Below are positions 10,371 through 20,706 of a stretch of 64,000 nucleotides of DNA, one piece after another. How positions within the stretch are numbered: position 1 is the first letter of the stretch; each line of letters begins with the position of its first letter. Source of the DNA: Escherichia phage Ptacy1496; the sequence record PQ863253.1; one strand, written 5' to 3'. The position numbers and the translations under genes are program-made. The notes beneath the pieces are model-generated. The model saw only the letters and a program-made list of their open reading frames with translations. It did no database searches and was not told the DNA's origin.

Positions 10371-10678
10371 CGTAAATTCCCTGCAATTGGTATACTAACA
10401 ATACGCCCAGTATCTAAAATTCGCTGATATAATCTTTGCGTGTCTACGTCAGGCTTAACATGTTTAACTTCTATTTTATTAAACCAAAACTTGCGTGGAG
10501 TCTCAACTAGTCTTGGAATTCCCATACCTAAAGCTAGTTTATATTGGTCTTTGAGAGTAGTAAAAACTCTATCAGCAATCTCTCTTTCAAAAAACACAGC
10601 AGGACGATGTTCATCAAGTGGAACTGGCGCCGTAAATCCGTCTTTGTCTCGGTAAACTATCGCATATACATAAACCAT
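10367..10678 (-). CDS. hypothetical protein (dda.1 position)
   Basis: 103 aa ORF overlapping dda start by 4 nt. Confidence 0.55.
   Translation of the reverse strand: MVYVYAIVYRDKDGFTAPVPLDEHRPAVFFEREIADRVFTTLKDQYKLALGMGIPRLVETPRKFWFNKIEVKHVKPDVDTQRLYQRILDTGRIVSIPIAGNLR
10486..10618. repeat. 133-bp direct repeat, copy 1 (inside dda.1-position ORF)
   Basis: about 85-90 percent identical to 10759..10891 by eye. Confidence 0.85.
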
Positions 10679-10729
10679 ATTATCCTCGGATAAGTTTAAA
10701 AATTGAACAATTTAGCGGGTATCCTCTTT

Positions 10730-10912
10730 TCAGTTTAAGTTTATCAATAAAAGACAAAAAAACTTGCGTGGAGTCTCAACTAATCTTGGAATTCCCTTAC
10801 CTAAAGCTAATCGATACTGCTCTTTAAGAGTAGTAAATACTTTATCAGCAATATTCCATTCAAAAAATACAGCAGGACGATGTTCATCAAGAACTTTTTC
10901 ACAATTTTCCAA
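10730..10912 (-). pseudogene. truncated duplicate of the dda.1-position gene
   Basis: 60 aa ORF whose residues LDEHRPAVFFE...GIPRLVETPRKF repeat the middle of the 103-aa ORF; lacks its N- and C-terminal parts. Confidence 0.5.
10759..10891. repeat. 133-bp direct repeat, copy 2 (truncated gene copy)
   Basis: near-duplicate of 10486..10618, 273 bp downstream. Confidence 0.85.
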
Positions 10913-11493
10913 TCCGAGCCTTTAAGAAGAACGTTCAATTTAACAACTTCAGCGCCTTCTGCTATGCGAGAACCATCAATACGTGCTTTAAGTGCTATAA
11001 TCCTTAGCTTAATGTCAGAGGTCTGTTTTGATTTAGAAAGCTGAGAAATGTGTTCAATTCGGTTTTCACGTTTTTTCTGTATAGCTTTAATTTGATTATA
11101 AGTCTTTTTGATTTTAGCCCATTTCTTTTCATCTAAATTTAGTTTATGAACTTTTTTCGCAGATGAACGACCAATTCGCAAAGCAAATAAATCACGCTTT
11201 TCAATCAACTCTTCTAAAGTATAATCAGAACGAAATGTATTATACTTTTTCTTTACTGCAATAACATTCCCTTTAATGTATCCAACGTTATTATCAAAAC
11301 GTTCTAATGATAATTTCTCTCCTTCAATACGATTATCAAAAGGTTCTCCCGAGTAAGCACAAACTTTTTGATCTAAAATGTTCTTAATGTAATTGAAGTC
11401 TAAGTTAAAATCTTTAGAACGTCTTTTTGCAGATGCCTGAGTATGCTCTAGACGACGTTTAATTTTACGAATTTGGTTATTAGACAGCTTCAT
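10807..11493 (-). CDS. hypothetical basic protein with degenerate HNH-like motif (srd position)
   Basis: 228 aa; CAYSGEPF...LSLERFDNNVGYIKGNVIAV resembles an HNH core lacking catalytic His/Cys; C-terminal tail runs into the duplicated segment. Confidence 0.45.
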   Translation of the reverse strand: MKLSNNQIRKIKRRLEHTQASAKRRSKDFNLDFNYIKNILDQKVCAYSGEPFDNRIEGEKLSLERFDNNVGYIKGNVIAVKKKYNTFRSDYTLEELIEKRDLFALRIGRSSAKKVHKLNLDEKKWAKIKKTYNQIKAIQKKRENRIEHISQLSKSKQTSDIKLRIIALKARIDGSRIAEGAEVVKLNVLLKGSDWKIVKKFLMNIVLLYFLNGILLIKYLLLLKSSID

Positions 11494-11615
11494 ATTTTTC
11501 TCACATCTTACGGACGGTTAACTACTTATACTATAACATTTTTACCTTAACTTGTAAACAACTTTATGAAAAATGCTTTAAAACTTTCATGGTATAATGA
11601 ATCTAAGTCCTTCCA

Positions 11616-12218
11616 TTATAGATTAAATCCTTCAAAATCAAGAGTATAGATAGTGTATGTTGAATACTTTTTATACTCGTATCTATCCGCAATTCTAAAT
11701 ACACTTCCAGCTGGTATCATTACTTCTTGTTCATCTGAAACTAATTCCATATTACGATAGCGATGGCTATCCGGAAACTTAAAACTCGGACTATATTCTT
11801 TACAACGTAAAGCTTTTATAGCATACTCCTGGAAATTAAACACCATAGGAGCTTTGAATTCAAAAATAACTTGTGTGTTGTATTCTAATCCAGAAGCAAA
11901 ATGTAGAGCTATATTTTTATCATATGAAGCTGATACTACTTTATCAAATGTAATAATATCAATTCCTTGATTTAACACCTGTTTAGTCTCAACTGGAACA
12001 CCTCTCCAAAGAGGTTTATCGTTTGGAACCAAACGAGATTTGACTATTTCATTTAACCAAGAATGATCGTCTGGTTTATTAGTAATACAATGAATTAAAA
12101 GTTCAATTTCAGATAAATTAAACCCTTCAGAAAGTAATTCTTCACGAATAGAAGCACGCACCGATGCATCCATTGATTTTATTTTAAAATCTTTTAGTTG
12201 CATTACTGAGTATTTCAT
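11616..12218 (-). CDS. modA: ADP-ribosyltransferase ModA
   Basis: 200 aa as in T4 ModA; position after dda; ART-like content. Confidence 0.75.
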   Translation of the reverse strand: MKYSVMQLKDFKIKSMDASVRASIREELLSEGFNLSEIELLIHCITNKPDDHSWLNEIVKSRLVPNDKPLWRGVPVETKQVLNQGIDIITFDKVVSASYDKNIALHFASGLEYNTQVIFEFKAPMVFNFQEYAIKALRCKEYSPSFKFPDSHRYRNMELVSDEQEVMIPAGSVFRIADRYEYKKYSTYTIYTLDFEGFNL

Positions 12219-12838
12219 TCAACTACCTCAATATCATAAACTTTAAATGTTCCAAATGAATCGTGTAATTTTTCTTTTGAAATAGAAGTTATTTTATACT
12301 TTCCAATTGGAATCATCCATTCTTGTTCACGCACAATCATCATTAAGTTATCAGTACGTTCTGAATCTAATCCATCAGTATCTTCATATGTATACTTAAA
12401 TTCAGTATTAGGAGAAGAAAGTATAATATCGCTGATATGGTCAGAATAATTAAAAGCTTTATCAGTTTTTAAGCGAAATATTATTTCAGTGAAATACTCA
12501 ACATAAGAAAAACCACATGCTGTGTGCAAACTAGTAGTAAATGAATCTACTCTGTTCGTTGAAAACACTTCTCCGACTTGTAAATCTTTAATGAGTTCTT
12601 TTGTCGATTTTGATATACCACGATATAGCTGATAAGGCGATTTAGTTAAATGCTTTTTAACGATTTTATTCAACTGCCGATGAAGAGCTTCATTCTTTTT
12701 GGCTTCCATACACTGCCAAAGAACTGACTGTTCAAAGTCAGTAAATTTTTCACAGACCTTTTTATACATATCATATTGAAAATCAACGCTTTCAGCTTTT
12801 ATAGATAACTGTTCAACATCTGCAAGATTAATAATCAT
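12215..12838 (-). CDS. modB: ADP-ribosyltransferase ModB
   Basis: 207 aa as in T4 ModB; overlaps modA start by 4 nt. Confidence 0.75.
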   Translation of the reverse strand: MIINLADVEQLSIKAESVDFQYDMYKKVCEKFTDFEQSVLWQCMEAKKNEALHRQLNKIVKKHLTKSPYQLYRGISKSTKELIKDLQVGEVFSTNRVDSFTTSLHTACGFSYVEYFTEIIFRLKTDKAFNYSDHISDIILSSPNTEFKYTYEDTDGLDSERTDNLMMIVREQEWMIPIGKYKITSISKEKLHDSFGTFKVYDIEVVE

Positions 12839-12864
12839 GATAGCCTCCGTATACTTCAGAAGCT

Positions 12865-12894
12865 ATCATATCATCGTTAGGAAGGAAAGTAAAC
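12865..12894 (-). promoter_or_regulatory. phage early promoter
   Basis: plus strand ATCATA-18nt-GTAAAC upstream of modB. Confidence 0.55.
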
Positions 12895-12905
12895 AACTTT
12901 TTGAA

Positions 12906-13088
12906 TTATTTTGCCCAGGGAGCCCAGGGCGGAGGGTCAAGATGGTATGAAGCTAGTTCTTCTAGAAGAGCATCTGGGGCTTCAATTCCATAATTCTGTA
13001 ATACTATACGGTACTCTTTCTTATAATCACTAGAATCATTCTGGATATTCGTAGAATGATTATCTTCTAACATCTCAAATAAATCCAT
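12906..13088 (-). CDS. hypothetical protein
   Basis: 60 aa ORF. Confidence 0.4.
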   Translation of the reverse strand: MDLFEMLEDNHSTNIQNDSSDYKKEYRIVLQNYGIEAPDALLEELASYHLDPPPWAPWAK

Positions 13089-13096
13089 ATTAATTC

Positions 13097-13567
13097 CTAG
13101 CGATAAAAACCAAAATAACGATTAGCTTCAATAATCTTTCTTTCTTCTTCGGACATTCTCCAGCGTAGTCCAACATCAAAATGAGCCCAGACCATCTTAA
13201 CAAATGCATTTATATCTTTAATATCTTCAATAATGAATGATTTACTTTTAGAAGGTTGACTCGCTAATTTAACTTTATCGTCTTCAAACAGGTCAAAAAG
13301 ACCATATTCATGGGCTCTTTTATAGCCTTTAATAGTTAAAGCTTCAGAAGAAGAAAAAGGTGAATCAGTATTCTGCAAAATATCTTCAGTATGCTTTATA
13401 ATTAGAATAACATTTTCTGGATATTTTCTTTCTTTTATATCTTTAATTAAAATATCCGGATTTTCTGCTAAAGGAATAATTAATGAGCATTTTTTACCAA
13501 GAGTATTTACTGATTTACCTTCTTTAGACATAAATTCTATTGAATAATGTTTTGCTACTTCAATCAT
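13097..13567 (-). CDS. hypothetical protein (mrh region)
   Basis: 156 aa ORF. Confidence 0.45.
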   Translation of the reverse strand: MIEVAKHYSIEFMSKEGKSVNTLGKKCSLIIPLAENPDILIKDIKERKYPENVILIIKHTEDILQNTDSPFSSSEALTIKGYKRAHEYGLFDLFEDDKVKLASQPSKSKSFIIEDIKDINAFVKMVWAHFDVGLRWRMSEEERKIIEANRYFGFYR

Positions 13568-13712
13568 GCGATTTCCTTTTGCCTACTAATGGACCGTCAG
13601 GAATTTTGTTTTCCTGGATATATTTCTCATTTTCTTCCATCATTTTACTACCGATTTTAAGAAGCAAATCCATTGCTTCATTTGCTTTAGCTTTAGCCTC
13701 TTCTAATATCAT
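13560..13712 (-). CDS. small hypothetical protein (50 aa, not in ORF track)
   Basis: hand translation [23 protein letters not shown]...; fills gap between flanking ORFs. Confidence 0.3.
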   Translation of the reverse strand: MILEEAKAKANEAMDLLLKIGSKMMEENEKYIQENKIPDGPLVGKRKSHD

Positions 13713-13720
13713 ATCTCTGT

Positions 13721-13924
13721 TCACGATTTATCCCCATAGATGTCTCTCATCAATTTAAGCGCTGAGCGTTCTAATTTCTTTTCTTTCTCAGCACTAATCA
13801 TTGATTTCATCCATTCTTCCGATTCGTTCTGCATTTCTTTATTTGCTTGTTCAACCCAACCATCATCAATATACATCGAGTTTGGTCTATTGAACCATTC
13901 AAGCATCTTCTTCAGAGCTTTCAT
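13721..13924 (-). CDS. hypothetical protein
   Basis: 67 aa ORF. Confidence 0.4.
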   Translation of the reverse strand: MKALKKMLEWFNRPNSMYIDDGWVEQANKEMQNESEEWMKSMISAEKEKKLERSALKLMRDIYGDKS

Positions 13925-14396
13925 TTGTTTTACCTAAAACAACAGTAGGAGCATCATCAAATTCATGAATTTTGAGCAAATTTGGATGTAAACTATTCCA
14001 TACAGAAGAAATAAAGTATGATAAAGCATCTTCACTCGCAATTATAAATTTATTTCCTTTATCTATTTTCCAACTATATACTGAATCGTACGAATAAAAA
14101 GATAAAGGTTTATTATTATATTGTTCTGCGCTAACATTAATGTATTCTGATTTAGTAAATGCTTCAATTGCTCTAAACGGAATATTTGGTACAGTTTCAA
14201 TAATACCAATCTTTTTAAGTTTTATTTCAGCATCTTCTGGAACTGGCATTGAAACGAAATTTTCTACGAGATACATTGGGTCACAATAACCCTTATCAAT
14301 CATTACTGCTACGGTAATTGGAACGTCTTTAGCAAACGACATACTATTACTGCTAATATACATTTCAAACAAAATCGCTTCCATAATTTTCCTCAA
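13899..14396 (-). CDS. hypothetical protein
   Basis: 165 aa ORF. Confidence 0.45.
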   Translation of the reverse strand: MRKIMEAILFEMYISSNSMSFAKDVPITVAVMIDKGYCDPMYLVENFVSMPVPEDAEIKLKKIGIIETVPNIPFRAIEAFTKSEYINVSAEQYNNKPLSFYSYDSVYSWKIDKGNKFIIASEDALSYFISSVWNSLHPNLLKIHEFDDAPTVVLGKTNESSEEDA

Positions 14397-14734
14397 TCAC
14401 AAGATGTAGATGAACAACTAGAATCACAAGAACTTCCACATGAATCGCCCGTCCATACATGAACAGGAACATTAGTATCATATGAATCAGAACTAGACTG
14501 TGTATTCTGTGCATTAGATGATGTAGTAGGTACTGACCAGCGCCAAGGATTTTTATAATATTCTTGGGCTTCTTCATAAGTCATAGTAACTGCTTCTACT
14601 GTTCCATCTCCCATATAAACATATTCAACTACAGTTAAAGGAAGGTAGTCATTTGAAATAGGAACTACACCTTCTCCGGGAGTTGTAGAGAAAAAATCCG
14701 TAAAGAAACTTTTAAACCAATTAAAGATAAACAT
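14393..14734 (-). CDS. hypothetical protein with C-terminal Cys/Ser-rich tail
   Basis: 113 aa; ends [18 protein letters not shown]. Confidence 0.45.
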   Translation of the reverse strand: MFIFNWFKSFFTDFFSTTPGEGVVPISNDYLPLTVVEYVYMGDGTVEAVTMTYEEAQEYYKNPWRWSVPTTSSNAQNTQSSSDSYDTNVPVHVWTGDSCGSSCDSSCSSTSCD

Positions 14735-14940
14735 TACAAAAAGCCTCTCTTGAATTCGACTTGCTTTTCACCATAATCATATCGAATCTCTGCATTAAAT
14801 TCGACAGAACCATCTGCGTACATCATAAATGAATGCACAACAACTTCTGTAAACCATGGCTGTAGTTCATATTTCTTCATTACATGTCGTGAAATGATAA
14901 TATCTAAATCTTCATTTGGTTTAATCCAGCGATTTAACAT
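14734..14940 (-). CDS. hypothetical protein
   Basis: 68 aa ORF. Confidence 0.4.
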   Translation of the reverse strand: MLNRWIKPNEDLDIIISRHVMKKYELQPWFTEVVVHSFMMYADGSVEFNAEIRYDYGEKQVEFKRGFL

Positions 14941-14966
14941 AGTGCTCTCCTCTATAAGATAATTCT

Positions 14967-14996
14967 ATTATACCATACTCATTTTGGAAAGTAAAC
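14967..14996 (-). promoter_or_regulatory. phage early promoter
   Basis: plus strand ATTATA-18nt-GTAAAC just downstream of soc terminator. Confidence 0.65.
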
Positions 14997-15012
14997 CATT
15001 TAAATGAAAAAA

Positions 15013-15030
15013 GGACTCCCGAAGGAGTCC
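15013..15030 (-). terminator. intrinsic terminator GGACUCC-uucg-GGAGUCC plus U-run
   Basis: 7-bp stem, UUCG loop, T-run on minus strand immediately after soc stop. Confidence 0.8.
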
Positions 15031-15036
15031 TTGAAT

Positions 15037-15282
15037 TTATTCACCAGTTACTTTCCACAAATCTTCATTTGCAGCAATCCATTCAGTACGTTGATTTTCT
15101 TCATATACTGTAGAATATGCTGCTTTTTCTGAAGGGAATGTCTGATAATGAGCACCAGAAATTTTGTGAACATCAGAATAAAGAGGGAAAGCTACAGAAA
15201 TTTCCTTTCCTTCAATTTTCTTATTTCCATCTAATTTCTGCTCAAATGTTTTGATATTAACATAACCGCGAGTACTAGCCAT
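15037..15282 (-). CDS. soc: small outer capsid protein Soc
   Basis: 81 aa; sequence MASTRGYVNIKTFEQKLDGNKK... matches recalled T4 Soc. Confidence 0.95.
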   Translation of the reverse strand: MASTRGYVNIKTFEQKLDGNKKIEGKEISVAFPLYSDVHKISGAHYQTFPSEKAAYSTVYEENQRTEWIAANEDLWKVTGE

Positions 15283-15298
15283 GTAATTCTCCTTTTAT

Positions 15299-15508
15299 TT
15301 AAATTACATGATTATTTATAATAAATTCTCGCGGAACGTTAAAATACCCAATTTTAGTTAATATAACAACATCGCCGTTAATAATTACCGGAGAATAATC
15401 TTCTGGAGCATTAAATTTCCAATGGGCTCTAATATTATATCCATCAGAACCAAATGCTCGACTAGCCGGTCTCCCGGCTTTTTGCCATGCATAAAAATCA
15501 AATTTCAT
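15299..15508 (-). CDS. hypothetical protein (soc.1 position)
   Basis: 69 aa ORF. Confidence 0.4.
   Translation of the reverse strand: MKFDFYAWQKAGRPASRAFGSDGYNIRAHWKFNAPEDYSPVIINGDVVILTKIGYFNVPREFIINNHVI
15313..15320 (-). promoter_or_regulatory. late promoter TATAAATA
   Basis: minus strand TATAAATA about 30 nt upstream of soc ATG. Confidence 0.6.
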
Positions 15509-15699
15509 TTTGAATGCTCTATAATTAATTTTAAAGCTTCTTCACTGACAAAAATTTCGTCAGGACCTTCTATAACTTCAACCATACGAAGTTGATTAGT
15601 TAAGAGCTCACACACGAGCTCTTTGTTATAATCTTTAAATAGCTGGTCAATACGTTTCTTATGGGCTTTCTTAAGCTGACGCTTATTTAAACGAGCCAT
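15505..15699 (-). CDS. hypothetical protein (soc.2 position)
   Basis: 64 aa ORF. Confidence 0.4.
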   Translation of the reverse strand: MARLNKRQLKKAHKKRIDQLFKDYNKELVCELLTNQLRMVEVIEGPDEIFVSEEALKLIIEHSK

Positions 15700-16214
15700 T
15701 AATAACCTCGGTCTTGACGAGCGAAGTTTTCAGCATTTTTCAGATAATAAAGTTTAAAGATTTCTTCAGCCGACATTCCAAGAGCAATAAATTTATTCAT
15801 GAAAAAGTGAAATTGGTCAATCAGTTCAAATTTAATTTCAAGCTGATCTTCGGGAGATAAGTCTTGAATTTTCTTGGATTGCATTTCAGAATAACGTTTC
15901 TTCCAAGGTTTCCATACAGCAGAAGCTTCTTTTTCGCCATTACTCATACCGCCAAGAGAAGTATATAACTCGCGGGTTTCATCTGCGATATAATCGTCTT
16001 GGTTTCGCAACCAAGCAAGAACTTCTCCTGCAGTTTCAAGTGAATCAGGATGACGATTTGTTTCTGGTTTATCATTAGCCAAACGAATCTGTAAATGCCG
16101 CTGCATGTCAAGCATAACCTGCAGTGGGTCAATATTGTGCATAATATTCTCAGCATATGCACGATTTGCTTTATCAACACCTTCGATCAAATGAGCACAT
16201 TCATTAAAGTGAGC
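15699..16214 (-). CDS. 56: dCTP pyrophosphatase gp56 (MazG-like)
   Basis: 171 aa from MAHFNECAHLIEG...; T4 gp56 is 171 aa at this position. Confidence 0.8.
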   Translation of the reverse strand, partial: AHFNECAHLIEGVDKANRAYAENIMHNIDPLQVMLDMQRHLQIRLANDKPETNRHPDSLETAGEVLAWLRNQDDYIADETRELYTSLGGMSNGEKEASAVWKPWKKRYSEMQSKKIQDLSPEDQLEIKFELIDQFHFFMNKFIALGMSAEEIFKLYYLKNAENFARQDRGY

Positions 16215-16277
16215 CATTATTTTTCCTTTCAATTCATTAATAAGTTAAATAATTATATCATTTGAATATGTAAGCAA

Positions 16278-17617
<1,340 letters not shown>

Positions 17618-17642
17618 TATATCATCCTCAGCAATTTATTTT

Positions 17643-17672
17643 ATAATACCATAACAAGCTGAGAAAGTAAAC
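17643..17672 (-). promoter_or_regulatory. phage early promoter
   Basis: plus strand ATAATA-18nt-GTAAAC upstream of 186-aa ORF. Confidence 0.65.
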
Positions 17673-17707
17673 AAATTTATGATAAATATTAATTTAAAGG
17701 AGGACAT

Positions 17708-17908
17708 ATGGCACAAAAATTAATGGCACTTGTTAATGCCATAAAAGGTAATAAAAAACGTATAGCTTTTACTATTTCTGCTATGGTAGGAATTTTACTC
17801 TGGAACTTTATTTTATCACCAATTGCAATTGCGCATGGTGTTAATATTCCAGTAGTTACTCTTGATACATTCGTAGATCTAGCATTTGCTTTAGTTGGGT
17901 TAATTTAA
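17708..17908 (+). CDS. small hydrophobic protein (plus strand, convergent with gene 61)
   Basis: 66 aa with two hydrophobic segments; AGGAGG 5 nt upstream of ATG; only credible plus-strand ORF in window. Confidence 0.4.
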   Translation: MAQKLMALVNAIKGNKKRIAFTISAMVGILLWNFILSPIAIAHGVNIPVVTLDTFVDLAFALVGLI

Positions 17909-18933
17909 ATCTTGGCATATTTAGATAACCGCATTTTAGCCATTAACCCCTGGGCAATATTATTTTTCATATATTCCATAATTTGTTCAGGGGTTGCACC
18001 TTCCTTTCTAATCATATCATTAACATCTTTTGATTTCCAGGGAGATTTATCCCAAAACATAACCCTTTCTCCTGCATCAACTAATTTAGTCATTCGCTTG
18101 ATAGTGTCAGGGTGACGAGGTTCATTATCTAAAACCCACACTCGTCTATCTTTAAATGGAACAACTTCTAGGTCTAATTGACCACCCGTAATAGCTATAC
18201 CATTTTCAATAAAAAGTGAATCTATAGGTCCTTCTAGAACATATACATCACCATCTTTAACTCGTTCGACTCCATATATTTTTGTTGCCTCAGGATAAGC
18301 TTTAATGGTGATATATTTTTGAGGAGCATCTTTCTTTAATGCACGTCCTTGAAAAGACTCAGCTTTTCCATTAGCATTATAAATTGGAATAACAAGACGA
18401 GGCTCAGAAATTTCCTTTTTGTATGTTCCCGGTGCTATGCTATTAACTAATTTAGGCCATTCGGTTGTAAACCAAAGATATTTCCATTTATCCTTTGGAA
18501 TACAACGAGCTTTTACATATTTTATAATTGGATGGTCTTCCGCCAGTTTATCTAATCTAACACATGACGGAAGAGATTTAATTATTTTCTTCTCAGGTTG
18601 CTTAGGAAGTTCTTTAGGTTTTTCTACTGGACGACTTTTACCTTTTTCTTTTCTTATTTCAAAGATATACTCACGATATAAATCGGGTTCAAACTCCTTT
18701 AAATATATTCCGATTGGTGCATGATAGTTACAGTTATAACAATGAATATTTCCTTCATTATTATCACCATAATACCATCCACGAGCTTTATTCTGGTCAG
18801 TTTTTGAATCTCCACAAACAGGACATCTAAACCGCAATTTAAAAGTTGAACTATTATTTACTTGTGTGAATTTAGGTAAATGAGCTAATGCACGGTATGC
18901 AAACTCATTATCAATCCAAGGTATTGATGACAT
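17905..18933 (-). CDS. 61: DNA primase gp61
   Basis: 342 aa as in T4 gp61; zinc ribbon CPVCGDSK...HCYNCNYH and Toprim region. Confidence 0.9.
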   Translation of the reverse strand: MSSIPWIDNEFAYRALAHLPKFTQVNNSSTFKLRFRCPVCGDSKTDQNKARGWYYGDNNEGNIHCYNCNYHAPIGIYLKEFEPDLYREYIFEIRKEKGKSRPVEKPKELPKQPEKKIIKSLPSCVRLDKLAEDHPIIKYVKARCIPKDKWKYLWFTTEWPKLVNSIAPGTYKKEISEPRLVIPIYNANGKAESFQGRALKKDAPQKYITIKAYPEATKIYGVERVKDGDVYVLEGPIDSLFIENGIAITGGQLDLEVVPFKDRRVWVLDNEPRHPDTIKRMTKLVDAGERVMFWDKSPWKSKDVNDMIRKEGATPEQIMEYMKNNIAQGLMAKMRLSKYAKI

Positions 18934-18935
18934 TT

Positions 18936-19100
18936 TTACTCTTCTTTTTCTTTAGATTCCTCTTTCTTCTTTTTAGGAATCTGTTCAGGACCTTTATTTA
19001 CTACAGCACCTGACGTTGTTCCAGTAGAGATATTTTCAGGATTACCACCTGAATCTCCAGCGACCATATCTTCTTTAATAAATTCTTTATATGTTTTCAT
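18936..19100 (-). CDS. small acidic/lysine-rich protein (54 aa, not in ORF track)
   Basis: hand translation MKTYKEFIKEDMVAGDSGGNPENIS...KEEKE; stop 2 nt before gene 61 ATG. Confidence 0.3.
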   Translation of the reverse strand: MKTYKEFIKEDMVAGDSGGNPENISTGTTSGAVVNKGPEQIPKKKKEESKEKEE

Positions 19101-19146
19101 ATTAACCTCTATTCATAAAAGCATTAAAAATTTGGTCATCAATAGA
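19098..19146. repeat. 49-bp direct repeat, copy 1 (3' end of 61.1-position gene)
   Basis: CATATTAACCTCTATTCATAAAAGCATTAAAAATTTGGTCATCAATAGA; 3 mismatches to copy 2. Confidence 0.85.
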
Positions 19147-19458
19147 TGGCGCAGTAATATTTTCTGCATCATTTAGCAAATCATTAATTTCATCAGATAG
19201 CATAACACATGTACCTTTATTTCCTGTAATTGTTACTGCACAATTACGAACGTTTTCTTTATCAAATTTTAGGTTAATATTTTCGTAGTGAAAATCCTTT
19301 AATGCCGAATATATCTTTAAAATGAAATTGTCTTTTACTACAATAAACCCAACCTCACTATTAAAACGCGGTTCATGGAAACTGTAATAAACCTTTTCAT
19401 CTATAAAATCGTATGAAATTTTTTCCATTTTTAAATATGAAAATTCAGAACTGTACAT
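19102..19458 (-). CDS. hypothetical protein (61.1 position)
   Basis: 118 aa; C-terminal SIDDQIFNAFMNRG shared with next ORF. Confidence 0.5.
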   Translation of the reverse strand: MYSSEFSYLKMEKISYDFIDEKVYYSFHEPRFNSEVGFIVVKDNFILKIYSALKDFHYENINLKFDKENVRNCAVTITGNKGTCVMLSDEINDLLNDAENITAPSIDDQIFNAFMNRG

Positions 19459-19505
19459 ATTAACCTTTATTCATAAAAGCATTAAAAATTTGATCGTCAA
19501 TAGAA
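19457..19505. repeat. 49-bp direct repeat, copy 2 (3' end of 61.2-position gene)
   Basis: CATATTAACCTTTATTCATAAAAGCATTAAAAATTTGATCGTCAATAGA. Confidence 0.85.
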
Positions 19506-20092
19506 ACTTTTACTTTAGGCTGTTCTTCAAACGGTAATTCATATCCACATATTACAATTTTGTGATCGATACCAAAATACACAGAAGCAATATTATTAAT
19601 ATTATTTTCAGTGAAATCTAAATCAACATCAATATCTTTTTGACTAGCGCTCAAAGGATAATTAATACGAATAATTCGATTATCTTTAACAAAGATTCCA
19701 CCGACATACTCTGTGCTGCGTTTAAAGTTTACACGTTTCCTAAATGAAAAATATTCAGGTTCTTTATGGGCTCGACTCATAGGGCTTAAAGTGTATTCCG
19801 AATATGAAATATCAAATCCTACACCTTCAATATGAGCCAAAGTATCATGATTAAACCAATTATAATCGTATGCCAAATCCATTAAATTGTAATATGTGAA
19901 AGGCACCGGATTAACATCATATGTTGTACCTTTAAAATCTGCCCAGGCAACGATTTCGTTATCTTTAACAATTACAAAAATTGTGCCAATAAGATATCCA
20001 CGGTTATTTTCATCAGGTGTTATATTATAACATTGTGCATCAGGAAATTTACCGTATTTAAACGGTGGATTTTTGTGCATATAATAAATCAT
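19460..20092 (-). CDS. hypothetical protein (61.2 position; T4 61.2 is the anti-DarT factor AdfA)
   Basis: 210 aa ORF; assignment positional, sequence identity to AdfA not verified. Confidence 0.45.
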   Translation of the reverse strand: MIYYMHKNPPFKYGKFPDAQCYNITPDENNRGYLIGTIFVIVKDNEIVAWADFKGTTYDVNPVPFTYYNLMDLAYDYNWFNHDTLAHIEGVGFDISYSEYTLSPMSRAHKEPEYFSFRKRVNFKRSTEYVGGIFVKDNRIIRINYPLSASQKDIDVDLDFTENNINNIASVYFGIDHKIVICGYELPFEEQPKVKVSIDDQIFNAFMNKG

Positions 20093-20093
20093 A

Positions 20094-20387
20094 TTATTCG
20101 CCTGTGATTTCGGTTACGATATTTTTGTTATTAAAGTTTTTATCGCAATACAGAACATAATTATACTGCATTACACCACCAGACTTAAGTTGTTTTTGCA
20201 CTTCAGCTTTCATTTCAGGACGATCGCGCTCAACAATATTCATAATATCCGCTTCAATTTGAGTTTCAACTTCAGTCTGATCTGCAGTCATAGACCATTC
20301 GCACAAGTCTTTATCATATCCTGCCATAGCAGGCTGAGCAGCACAAGAAGCCAAAGTAAAAATTGTAGCAAAAATAAATTTTTTCAT
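20094..20387 (-). CDS. sp: Spackle periplasmic protein (superinfection exclusion, gp5 lysozyme inhibitor)
   Basis: 97 aa as in T4 Sp; signal peptide MKKFIFATIFTLASCAAQPAMA. Confidence 0.8.
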   Translation of the reverse strand: MKKFIFATIFTLASCAAQPAMAGYDKDLCEWSMTADQTEVETQIEADIMNIVERDRPEMKAEVQKQLKSGGVMQYNYVLYCDKNFNNKNIVTEITGE

Positions 20388-20415
20388 GATAATCTCCTCA
20401 GTAGTTTATGTTTAT

Positions 20416-20445
20416 ATAGTATCTCAATTTCCAACAAAAGTAAAC
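20416..20445 (-). promoter_or_regulatory. phage early promoter (TACTAT -10)
   Basis: plus strand ATAGTA-18nt-GTAAAC upstream of sp. Confidence 0.5.
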
Positions 20446-20447
20446 AG

Positions 20448-20705
20448 CTATTTTAAAACTTCTGCATAATCACATGTTACAAACTGTTTCTCTAGCTTAA
20501 CGATCTTACGAAAGTATCTTTTGCATTGACGAATCTGCCGTTTCGTAGGACGTACAGCAAACTTAATAAATTCCACTCGACCAAATGGAGGGCTTTCTTC
20601 TGCTGGAATATCTAACACCAATTCCCACGTATCCGCAATAAGTGCTTTGAATTGAGTATTTTTCCTGACGTTATACGGAGTAGGTTTAAATAAAACAATA
20701 TGCAT
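20448..20705 (-). CDS. hypothetical protein (61.4 position; T4 61.4 is TifA, a ToxN inhibitor)
   Basis: 85 aa basic ORF; assignment positional only. Confidence 0.4.
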   Translation of the reverse strand: MHIVLFKPTPYNVRKNTQFKALIADTWELVLDIPAEESPPFGRVEFIKFAVRPTKRQIRQCKRYFRKIVKLEKQFVTCDYAEVLK

Positions 20706-20706
20706 A

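Noticed and set aside
10807-11493. Active HNH homing endonuclease call for the 228-aa ORF
   Set aside because: The HNH-like stretch lacks the catalytic histidine and the second Cys pair, so only a degenerate relationship is suggested; it may simply be the Srd homologue.
14365-14577. Minus-strand alternative-frame ORFs nested in larger genes (14365..14577, 15944..16180, 24277..24480, 26799..26984, 28005..28196, 36393..36614, 41571..41795, 62927..63142)
   Set aside because: Each overlaps a longer recognisable gene in another frame and shows biased composition.
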